Shown: positions 40,269 through 60,470 of the stretch, piece after piece | How positions within the stretch are numbered: the first letter of the stretch is position 1 | How the letters are laid out: every line of letters begins with the position of its first letter | The notes under the pieces: generated by a model | The model's database searches: none | Told to the model about the DNA's origin: nothing | The model's input: only the letters and a program-made list of their open reading frames with translations | Assembly (NCBI RefSeq): GCF_009914755.1 | Contig: NC_060925.1 | Strand: one strand, 5' to 3' | DNA length: 64,000 bases | Source: the human T2T-CHM13v2.0 reference genome, Homo sapiens | Program-made: the position numbers and the translations under genes

Positions 40269-41334
40269 ATACAATATATATTTTATGTATAGATACAATA
40301 TATATTTTATGGAGAAGATTTTACTCTTAGCTCTATTTAAAATGAATAAATCTAAGCACTGGTTTAGGTTTTATGCCCTGGACTTGCTATTTTTTCTGAT
40401 TTCTGTTTTGAGATTAAATTCTCATGTAGATAGAAAAATGCTTCTTATTACTTATAAGAGCAAATTAGTTATTGATTTGAGTTTCTGAAGTCGAAGCACA
40501 AACTTTTGTTTTTAATCTTTGTCTGACCCCATCAGTGCCACTCATTGTCTCTCAGAATGACCTGGCCGTGATCCTGCACTTACCCTCATCCTGCTGAACC
40601 ATTTCCACGCACTGTCCAATTCCATCAGTGATCTGGGCTCTTCCCAAAGCTCCTTGAAATGGGTCCAGGTCTCAGGATGTCAGACACCTTCCAGACACAA
40701 AAGTAACCCATACTGTAGAGAGCGCAGCTGGGTTCCCACCTCCCTGAAGTTGGCAGGGATGTCCTAGGGCAGGAAGGAAGGCTTTCCCTTTTTAGCGGGT
40801 CTTTTCTTCATGTCTCAGTGCCTCTGATCTAGTGAAAACGACTGTCCTGAATGTGAAAGAACTTGCTAAATTTCTGGTTTATTTTTAGGTGGCTAGAACA
40901 GATTTATAAGACTTCCTTACCCATGTCTGCTGAAGTTTGAATTCTTAGTAGTAGGATTTTGTTTTTTTTCCTTGTAAGGTAAGCAGCTTGCAGAAGACTG
41001 GCCTTGTTGCTGGACAAAAAGATGTAAACTTAATTTCTACTCAAAGCAAGCTTGAATTTGAAACTAGGGCTTCCACTGTTCCAAAGTTGGACTGTCACTG
41101 CCTCAGGCATGTGTCCCGAAGGGCTCGTGTCTCTGCCGTAGTCAGGATAAAGATAAGATGGAGCCCAGCAAGCCAGGTCTCCTTCACTTCTAGGTTCCCC
41201 CAAGAGATTTCTCTGCTTTAGAGACTGCATTGAATATATTCTTGTTCTGCTTTTGTGTTTGGGCTTTGGAATGATGTGATGCAGCTCAATGGTTCCTACC
41301 CCCAAGTTGATCAGAGTAAGAAACACCTGGAAGG

Positions 41335-41570
41335 TCAGTGCAAATACAGGTTCAGTGTCCTCCTTGCAGGGATTCTGATTCAGCGTGCTCAGGTGGGGCC
41401 TGGAATGTGTTTGTTAACATGACTCAGATGTGCAGTCAGTTTGGGGACCCTCTGATACCACGGACCTTACAGTTTATGGGATGATTCTGTTTTGCTGATG
41501 AAGAAACCAAGGCACAGAGAGTCTGTAACTCACCCAAGTTCCCTTTGCTGTAAGTACTGGAGCCAGATCT
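41335..41570. mobile_element. MER5-type fragment followed by a MIR fragment
   Basis: gattctgattcag...ggtggggcctggaat...tttggggacc; gatgaagaaaccaaggcacagaga. Confidence 0.55.
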
Positions 41571-41778
41571 CAGGTAGATTCCCCCTCCTACAAGCCCCAT
41601 TCCAAGTTCTCCAATTCAGTTGTGTGGTTCTTTCCAAGTAGGTGTTTCTCTCCCCTGTACCTCATTTCTGCCCCCCGCCTCAAAAAAAGTTTTTGAATTT
41701 AATTTGTTTTATCTAATACATTTCCTCTAGACATGCTGTCAGCAACCTATTCTGGCCACTTACTATGTGACATGCCTC

Positions 41779-42063
41779 TTTGTGAGACAGGGTCTCATTC
41801 TGTTACTCAGGCTGAAGTGCAGTAGTGATTACTGCTCACTGCTACCTGAAACTTCCAGGCTCAAGCGATCCTCCTGTCCGAACTTCAGAAGTAGCTGGAA
41901 CTCTATGCACACATCACTATCTTGGCTAAGTTTTTTAATGTTTTGTAGAGATGAGGTGATGCTATGTTTCTCAGGCTGCTCTCAAACTTCTGGCCTCAAA
42001 CCATCCTCCCACCTAGGCCTCCAAAATTGCTGGGATTACAGGAGTGAGCCACTGAACCTGGCC
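41779..42063 (-). mobile_element. AluJ (decayed)
   Basis: gagacagggtctc...gattacaggagtgagccact. Confidence 0.85.
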
Positions 42064-42159
42064 TTAAAAAGCCTTTTTTTTTTTTCTTTCTTAATAAAAA
42101 TACAGGACATGGAGGTGTGGAAAGATACCTCTCTTTATTACTGTTGCTATTATTACTTC

Positions 42160-43250
42160 TAAAGTATAATTCATATATCACAAAAGTCACCATTTTTATG
42201 CATACCATTCAGCGTCTTTTACTATATTCCGAAGGTTTTGCAACCATCACCACTACCTAATTTCAGAATACTTCAGCAATGCTGGAAAGCATTCCTGTAC
42301 TTACTGGCAGTCACTCTCCAATTACCCCGTTTTTGCAGTCCCTGACAAACACTAATCTACCTTCTCTATATATAGATATATTTGATCTGGGCATTTCCTG
42401 TATATGGAATAATGCAACATTGCCTTTTGCATCTGCATCTCTTACTTAGCACAATGTTCTCAAGGTTCATCCTTGTTGTAGCATGCAGCAGTACTTCAAT
42501 CCTTTTTGTGGCCAAATGATATTCCATTTTATAGTTATACCACATTTTGTTTACCTGTTCATCAACTGATGGTGGTTTGGGATGTTTCCACTTTTTCACT
42601 ATTATGAATAATGCTGCTATGAACACTTTTGTACATGTTTTTGAGTGAATATTTGATTTTAATTTTCTTGGTTATATACCTAGGAGTGCCATTGCTGCAT
42701 CATATATGACTTTATGTTTAAGTTTTTGAGGAACCGACAGACTGTTTTCCAATCTCAGTGGCTACAGCATTTTACATTCCCACTAGTAATATATGAGAAT
42801 TCCATTTTCTCCATAACTTTCCAAACATATGTTGTGTTTTTTTTAAAGTCACCCTTGTGGGTCTGAAGTGGTATTTCATTTTGATTTAAGTTTACATTTT
42901 CCTAATGAGGAAAAACATTGAACCTCTCCGTATGTGCTTGTTGGCCATTTGTATGTATCATTTACAGAAATGTCTATTCAAACTTTTTTCCCATTTTTAA
43001 ATTGTCTTTTTTGCTCACTTATATGAATTCTTTATATACTGTAGATACTAGACCTTTGTTAGGTATATGATTTGCAAATAGTTCTCCCATTACATGGATT
43101 ATCTTTTCACTTCCTTGACAGAGTCCTTGGAAGCATGAAAGATTTTTTATTTTAATGAAGTCCATTTATCTTTCTATTTTGGTGTTGCTTGTGCCTACTT
43201 AAGCAGTGTCTAATCCAGAATCACAAAGATTTATACCTATGTTTTCTTCA
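42160..43250 (-). mobile_element. L1MB-type 3' end
   Basis: ORF 42366..42626 resembles the ORF2 C-terminus; L1MB-like 3'UTR. Confidence 0.75.
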
Positions 43251-44566
43251 AGACATCGCTTTTGGAATGAGAACTTTCCTGGGTTTTAGTGGAGGACAGA
43301 CATTGTTTATTTATGCCTCTTGTCTATTACTGATATTTCCCCTGATTGGTACTGATATGCCCACCACCCCTCCAGGGAGCATCCCGTGGCCTGGAACAGA
43401 GCTCTGGGGACTGGCATCCTTCCACTGACTTTGATGCTGATGACAGCCCTGATCGTGTGATTCAGCTGGCCTTAACCCGACCCACGTGCACGTATTCCTC
43501 AGCACATCTAGAGCTGAAGTCGAGAGCCTCTGTGGGAACGCTTGGCAGCCCATGCTGTTCTAAGGCTGGAGCAGAATTTCTTAGTCTATTCCAGGTAGAC
43601 AGGCCTGCAGGGGGTCCAACCCCTACAAGCCCCTCTGTCTGGAATAGACTGCTTTCATCTCTGATGTTAGAAAGCAGACCTGTTTCAGGGTTTGGGGAAG
43701 GTTGTTCGATATGAACTGGGTCCTCTCTAATTATTTTTACTGTATGTGTGACTTCTTCCTAGAAAGAATGGAAGAATGTTTATGTTAGAACATTTTATCT
43801 ATTCTTTGTCAATTGTTGTTTGTCTGCAATTTTAAAGTAGATAAAGGATAGCTCAATGTAAATATATTCTTAATAATTAACTATGGTTGATGTCCACTGC
43901 CATGAGATCATATTCACTTCTACATATGATCTATTACTTAGGAATTATCCTGCTCCTGATGAGAAAACAGACTCAGAAAGATTACAAAATTACCTAGGCC
44001 ACAAGTCTAGTGGGGAGAAGAATAAGAATTAGAAACTAGTTTCTTTTGGCCTTCAAAGCTAACCTCATACCATTAGATTGAACTGAATGACAATACTTTC
44101 GCTATAGTAAGTCTCAGAGTTTGTGGTTCTGCATTGTGTTTCCAAGGAAACAGGGTGTCACTTTAATATTATTTCAAACTTTTAAATGTCAAACTCTTTT
44201 TTTAAATAAAACTTTTTTGTGTTTGTTCTATTCCATTGTTTTTGTTTTTCTTTTTTTCTCAAGTGATCCCTATTATTTATCTGCTGAATATTTGTTACCT
44301 ATCTTCTGTCAATTTTTATTTTTTGAGTGTTTGCCATCTGTCACTTTGTTTTATGCTACCAGCTATTCACTAAGATATAATTTGCATGGAGTAAACTACA
44401 AAAAACCTAAGGGTACAGACTTATGACTTTTAATATAATTATACCTTATATAATAACACCCACATCAAGAGAGGGAACATTTTCCTCTATGCCAAAAAGT
44501 TCTGACGTGCTCCTTGCCAGTCAATACTCATCCCCCAAATGAAGAATATATTCTAAATTTTGTCAC

Positions 44567-45004
44567 TATCTTAGTCCTTTTGTCCCTTTGCGTTGCTATA
44601 AAGGAATACAAGAGGCTGGGTCATTTATAAAGAAAAGAGATGTATTTCGCTCATAGTTCTGTAGGCTGCAGAAGAAGAATGGCACCAACAACTGCTCTTA
44701 ATGAGGGCCTGAGGCTGCTTCCCCACCCTGCAGAAGATGAAAGGGAACCAGTGTGTGCAAAGATCATATGGTGAAAGAGGAAGCAAAAGAGAGAGGAAAA
44801 GCTCAAGACTCTTTTTAATAAGCAGTTCTTGCAGGAACTAATAGAATGAGAATTCACTCACTACCTTCTCCCAGGGAGGGGATTAATCTATTCACAGGGG
44901 ATCCACTCCCATAACCCAAACACCTCCCATTAAGCCCCACCTCCAACATTGGGGATCAAATTTAAACATGAGATTGGGAGGGGACAAATATCTAAACTAT
45001 AGCA
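44567..45004 (-). mobile_element. MSTB solo LTR (MaLR)
   Basis: gcgttgctataaaggaatac...ggggacaaatatctaaactatagca; TSD gtcac/gccac. Confidence 0.85.
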
Positions 45005-45778
45005 GCCACAACTGATTAATTTTGCTTATTTTTGTGCTTCATAACAATGAAATCATTCAGTATCTTCTCTTGTTTTGACTTCTCTTAATCAGTTGGATAT
45101 ATCAGTATGCTACCAATTTGTTTGTGTTTTTCTTTCATTTCATTTTGTTTTGACCTAGTAATATCCTATTTATTGCATAATTATCACACAATTTCATATC
45201 CATTTTTGTGATGGTAGACAGGTTTACTTGTTGGCTCTTATGCATAAGTAACTGAATATTCTTATACACTTCTTTCTGTGAATATACATACTCATTTCTC
45301 CTTGGTATCGATAGCTAGGGATGGAATTTCTTGGTGAAAGGCTGAAAACGGACACAGAGTTTTGCAAAATGATTATATTATTTTACATTTCTATGAAAAA
45401 CGTAGGCTATTTCCAGTCGTTCTACATTCCTACACACTTAATATTTTCAGTCTTTTAAATTTTAGCCATTCTACCAGATGTGTAGGGATATTTTGGTTTT
45501 CACATGCTTATTGGTCATTTGGATATCTTCTTATGTAAAGCACCTTTTCAAATTTTTCCACTCATTGATACACTGGGTTGTTTATCATTTTCTTTGTGAT
45601 CTATTGGAGTTATTTATATATTTTGAATGAGTCCATTGTTTCATATATGTACATGTGAAGCGTTGAAGTTGAGACCCTCTCTGAGAATGCCTGGCAGTCC
45701 ATGCTGTTCTAAGGCCAGAGTGGACTTCCTCACCCCATGCCAAACAGAGGGGACCATAGAGGTTGGACCCACTCAAGA

Positions 45779-45828
<50 letters not shown>

Positions 45829-47094
45829 TATATATAAATGTATTTATTTGCAACATACATATATGTTGCAGATAATTATTCTTGGTCTCCAGATAGGTTT
45901 TGCCTTGTTAAACACTAACCTATAATAAGCAGAAGCTTTTTAAAAATGAAGTACAATTTAACTGATTTCTTATTGTGGTCAGTGCTACAGTCTAAGAAAT
46001 ATTTTCTGGTCTAAGAAATATTTTCCTATGTCAAGTTCATGAAAATAGTTTGTATTTTTTCCTTTAGAAGGTTTCTAATTCTAACTTTCACATCTTAAGT
46101 TAATTTCAATGTATGGTAGAAAGTGGCTGTTACTATTAACTTTTTAAAACAACAAATATTATTTCACTCGGAAACTTTCTATTGAAAAGTCTCTCATTTC
46201 CCCAATGAAGGGCATTGGTGTCTTTGTTTCTAAAAAATTTAAATAACTGTACATAGGGGGTGTATTTTTTGAATCTGTATTCTTTTACTTTATTTATGTA
46301 TACTTACACCCGTACCATAGCTTCTAAATTATTGTTGCTCTAAAATGAGTTTTGAAATCTAGTAGAGTAAGTCTTCCAACTTTTTCAAGACCAACTTGCC
46401 TATTCTAGATTATTTGATTTTCAAATACATTTTTAAATTAGCATTTACATTTCTTTAAAACTCCTACTAGAATTATTAATCAGAATTATGTTGATGTGAT
46501 ATCCTCACAAAATTGAGTCTTCCAATCCATGAACATGATATACATTTCTCTATTTACTCTTCTTTAATTTCTCTCACCAATAGCTTTCAGGGGCTTTGAA
46601 TCTGCTTCATTATATGCATTCTTAAGCATGCAATGATTTTCGACATTAATCTCTATTATGTTTTATTGAATTTCATGTTCTATCTGGTAATTGCTAGTAT
46701 GGAGATATTAAGATTATTAAGTCAATGTTATAAAGGTATAAATTAAGTACAATAGACTGCAGCACTTTAAAATGTATAATTAAATGCATATTTACAAATG
46801 TATACACAAATGGAACAACTGCTATAATCAAGACATGGGAATTTCCATAAGCCTAAAGTTTCTTGTAAGGCTTTGCAGTTCATCACTCTTTCAACCCTCC
46901 ACCCCAGGGAGCAAGTGTCACGTTAGGTCAGTTTGCATTTTTAACCATTTTCTGTAAATGAAATTAGACCTGTGTTCTTTTGTGTCTGCCTTCTTTCATG
47001 CATCATATTAATCCATCTGTATAAGTATTTTCATCAACTGTTAATACGCTGTAATTACTGAGTAGTATTCCTTTGTGTGGCTACACCATGCTTG

Positions 47095-47855
<761 letters not shown>

Positions 47856-48775
47856 GAAAGACTGCCCATCTGATTTGTATGTGTTTAAACTTAGAAGAAA
47901 CTGTTATCCAGATTTTTAAAGAAGTCAGACCATTTTTCATTCCCACAAGGGTAAGACTTCCAAGTGCTTTATATCCTTACCAACATGTGTTATTTTCAGC
48001 CTTTTTAACTTTATTGTTCTCATAGATATGTAATGGTATCTCATCATTGTATTGACTGATCTCCCAGATGACTAAAGAGTTGAGCATCTTTGCATGTGCT
48101 AATTGACCATTCACGTAACTTCTTTTCTGAAGTATCTACTCAAGTCTTTTGCGAAATCATTTCATTGTGCTGTTTATATTATCAGACTGCATTATATACA
48201 TACTATTAAAAAATCCTTTGTTGGATATAAATATAGTATCTCCTATATTGTGGCTTCTTTTTAAGTTCTCCTAATGTTCCCTATTTTGGAGGTAAAGATA
48301 GATAATCATCAAAAAGGTGATTATATATATACATATAACTATATTCATGTCTAAGAATCATTAAACATATATGTAAGGATCTATTTCTGAATTCTCTCTT
48401 CTCTTCCATTGATATATGTTCTATTTTTTCCAACAATACACATGATCTTTATTTCCATAGCTGTATAGCTTCTCCTGATGGTGTAAAACATTCCTTCAGC
48501 TTCTCAGACTGCAGCAACCCTTTCCAGTGTTGACCTGCATCCTCTGTGTGTGAAAGGAAAAGGAGGTGACAGGACATGGGGGAGTGGGAGCAGAAAGAGG
48601 AAGGAGGAGTGGTGACAAAAAGGCTGAAGGACAGAATGAGGAGGAAGGGAGGAGTGGGAGGCAGGATGAGCAGGACCAGGAGAGGAAGAGGACCAGAGCC
48701 TGAATACCAAGGAATCCATATTCTCAGCCCCAGAAGGCAACCCTGTCTCTCTGGAACTCCACTAACCTCATCCTG

Positions 48776-48787
48776 GACACACACACA

Positions 48788-48836
<49 letters not shown>
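48776..48836. repeat. (CA)n microsatellite
   Basis: About 30 units with one interruption. Confidence 0.95.
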
Positions 48837-48841
<5 letters not shown>

Positions 48842-49338
48842 TCTCTGATCCTCCAGCCACCTTTCTTTCTCTAAGAAGAGCCTCTCACCCTTCCTCCCAT
48901 TCCTCATCCTGGGGATTCTTTCCTTTTCCACTGGGTCTTCCAGGACTGGTTCACATCCTTCACCTGCAGCCAAACCCTTGCCTTGTGGTTCTGGAGAGTC
49001 CAGAGCAGTGAAAGCTCTCAGGAAAAGGAAGTGCAGGGCACGTGAGGTCACAGGGTCACCCCGCAGAATCTGAGTGCAGTTGTCCAAGGTCAGATATCAA
49101 ACTTTTTCCAAAGAAAATCAAAGAAGATCCTTGATCCAGGTCATTCTTTCTTGTGGACAATTAAGCTATGAAACCATAAACTTATGACCAAGTTTCTTTC
49201 TGAAGACCAAGATCAGCCTAAACAAGGGTAGAGCAGGTGTGGATGCAGATTACAGAAACTGAGCACTGAGCAAAACCTGGGCTGCTCCCACAAAGGCCCA
49301 TGTAAAAGCTGCCTAGGCCACTGTCTAAGAAACCTTCT

Positions 49339-55487
<6,149 letters not shown>

Positions 55488-55494
55488 AACCTTC

Positions 55495-55885
55495 TGTATT
55501 AGTGAACTCAGGCTGCCATCACAAAATACCATCAAAAGGGTGGTTCGAAAAGCAGAAATGTACTGTTTCAGAATTCTGGATTCTAAACGTTCAAGATCAA
55601 GATTGGATACCAGTGAGAGCTCTCTTCCCAGCTTGTAGATGCACACAGACTCTGTGTCCCCACATGGCCTTCTCACTGTGTGTGATTTGTGGGAGGAGTA
55701 GTGGTGTGAACAAGCTCCCTGAGTTTCCTCTTAGAAGGACACTAATCCTATCAGATCAGGGCCCCATGCTTATGATCTCACTAATCTTAATCACTTCCTT
55801 AAAGGCCTTGTCACTATGTAAATCACCCTGAGGTTAGGCCTTCAACATGTACGCTCTGGAAGGCTGTAAACCTTCAGTTCTGGCT
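55495..55885 (-). mobile_element. MLT1A-type LTR
   Basis: tgtattag...ggctgccatcacaaaatacca...ttcaagatcaag...cttcaacat. Confidence 0.7.
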
Positions 55886-57438
55886 GCTCCTCAGCCTGCT
55901 CCCCACATTTAGATATCAGCAGCTCCCAGCTCTGTGGGAGCCTCACAGGCACTGGATCATCAGGTTCTTCTCCCTCAGAGTTTCTCCTCCTCTCTCTGAT
56001 TCAGATCCCTCTGCAGTGGCACTTGCATGGTCTTTCTTTATATTTTCCCCCTTCCTTGCATTCTTTTCTTCTTTCTGTTTTCCTTCTATGTAATTCTATA
56101 CTTGTAACATTAAGGCATTTGTCAAATGAAGAGACCACCTCATAATTTCTGCATTAATAAACACAAGTCTGAATTTATTGCTTCTTAAAGGGAGGGAGCT
56201 ATGCTGATCACTCAGTCTCTCTGAGACTGGACTTAGAATTTGTGGAAAGTGTGGAGTTCAGAGACTGGTTAAGGGCACAGACATCAGTGAGCTGGTGTTG
56301 ATTGGTTGGCACTCAGAGCTGCTCATTGGACAGAGTTGCTTTCAACTGGCTTACTTTCAGAAGTGAGGGGCAAGCACTGACTGAGGGGCTTGCAGAAATA
56401 TGTTCACCAAGGTGAGTGGCTGTGGTAGGCAGAGTAAACTCCCCTAAAGGGTTGCTGCTACCTCTATTAGTAAGAGGAATTGGATTTCACTCTCCTGCCT
56501 GGTAAAACAAAGAAAAAAATAAAACGGACAAAATATATGAAAAGAATATTTTCAAAATTACGGACATCAGGCGAAAAAGGACATCAGGCAAAAAAGTAAT
56601 CCCTGAAGAAAGGCCCCAAACAGGTGAGCCCTATAATTGCTCTAACTTACTGCCTTGAGAGGGTTTCCAACTTAGGCACAGGGAGGGGAAAGTGAAGAGG
56701 AGCTCAGTGAGCCTTTTGAGTTGAGGACACTGAGCTGAGAGTCCAGGGAAGCCAAGATAGCAATGAGTCCATAGAGAGAGTAGCGGGGTGGAGCGAGCTG
56801 TGGAAAGTAAATCAGAAAGAACTGCAGAACATGACCCAGCATGCAGCATAGTGCTGATCCACATGAGGATGCCACTCAGGTTCAGAGGAAAAACCATTTG
56901 AAAAGATTAGAGAGAATAGTGCCTGGAACTCATACAGAGCTAGAATCATGCCTATTTCCCAAAGGATGACTGAAAAAAAGGCCTCATAATTCACAAGGCA
57001 TAGAGTAGCGAACTCAGGAAGGTTTTGTCTCAGTAGTAAGAACTAATTGCCCCTAGACTGAGTACTGCTGTGGACCTCTTGAAACAAATTGTAAAAGCAA
57101 GACTTGAAATGATCAAACTGTTTGACAGCAACTTGACTGCCTTCCTGAACAAAACTCAAAGTTATAGGGACACAAAAATATGCAGCAACCAACAAAGTAA
57201 AATTCACAGTGTCTGGTTTTCTATCAAACTTTTGAGCCACACTAAAACAGGGAAATGACCATAATGAAGGGATAAATCAATCATGTTAAACTGACTCAGA
57301 GCTGACACAGGTGTAAGAATTACCAGAAAAGAACATTAAATCAGTTTTTATAACTGTATACTGTACATCCCCCAAATTAAGTAGACAAAAAAAAAAGATA
57401 TAAAAATATTCAAGCTAACATTAAGAAAGAAAAACTGG

Positions 57439-57583
57439 GGCTTGGTGCTGTGGCTCATGCCTATAATTCCAGCATTTTGGGAGGCCTATGCAGGAGGATC
57501 ACTTGAGCCCAGGAGTTCAAGACCAGCCTGGGAAACATAGTAAGACCCCATCTCTACAAAAACTAAAAAGAAATAAATAAAAA
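57439..57583 (+). mobile_element. FLAM_C / Alu left monomer
   Basis: Single monomer with an A tail. Confidence 0.8.
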
Positions 57584-57841
57584 CTGTGATATGTGAGAGG
57601 AAATGTCCTGCAAGGGATTAACAGAAAATTAGAAAATAAAGAAAAAAATATTGTAAATGTTAAGGCATAGCAAAGAAAAGTAGCCAAAAAGAAATACTGA
57701 GAAAAAAAAATAAAGGGAAAAGCATCAATGAGCTGTGGAGCAATTCAGCTGACCTCATATGTGGGTGATTAGAGTCCATCAAAGACAAACACAGTGATGG
57801 CAGAAAAACTCTTGGAAGAAATAATAATCCAAAACTCACCA

Positions 57842-57960
57842 AGCGAGGTGTGGTGGTACGTGCCTGTGGTCTCAGCTATTCAAAAGGTTGAGGCAGGAGG
57901 ATCAGTTAAGCCCAGGAGTTTGAGAACAGCCTGGGCAATGTAGCAAGATCCTGTCCCAAG
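57842..57960 (+). mobile_element. FLAM_A-like monomer
   Basis: gtggtacgtgcctgtggtctcagcta...cagcctgggcaatgtagcaaga. Confidence 0.7.
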
Positions 57961-58511
57961 GGGGAAACAACCCCCCAAAAAACAAAAATGTAATCTTACC
58001 AAATGTAATAAGAACTATAAATCCACATATCCAGAAAGCTCACTAGAGCTTTCAAGCACTAGAAATATGAAGAAATGACATCAAGGCATATCAAAAATTG
58101 CTCAATGATGATTAAAAACATCTTAAAAGAAACCAGAGGAAAAACACGCCTTATCTACGCTGGAACAAACATATTTAAGGATGACATCAGATCTGTCACC
58201 AGCAACAATGCACACAAGAATACAGAGGAGTCACATCTTTAAATACCCACAGACTAAAATTGCCCACATAGAATTCTATACGCTGCAAAATTAGCTTTCA
58301 AAAAACAAAGGTGAAATAAAGATACATTCAAAAATATAAAATGTGAAAGAATTCATCACCAGCAGACCTGTGCTCCAAAAATGTTAAAGGACATCCTTCC
58401 TACAGAAGGAAAAAGGTATGAGATGGAAATCTGGGTGTCCACAAAACAATGTCAAGCACTAGAAATGGTAACACGTGAACAAATACACACATTTCATTTT
58501 CTTATTTGTTA

Positions 58512-60470
<1,959 letters not shown>

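Noticed and set aside
48449-49087. 212-aa minus-strand ORF
   Set aside because: It is kept open by the (CA)n repeat and a purine-rich low-complexity tract; no recognisable domain or splice structure.
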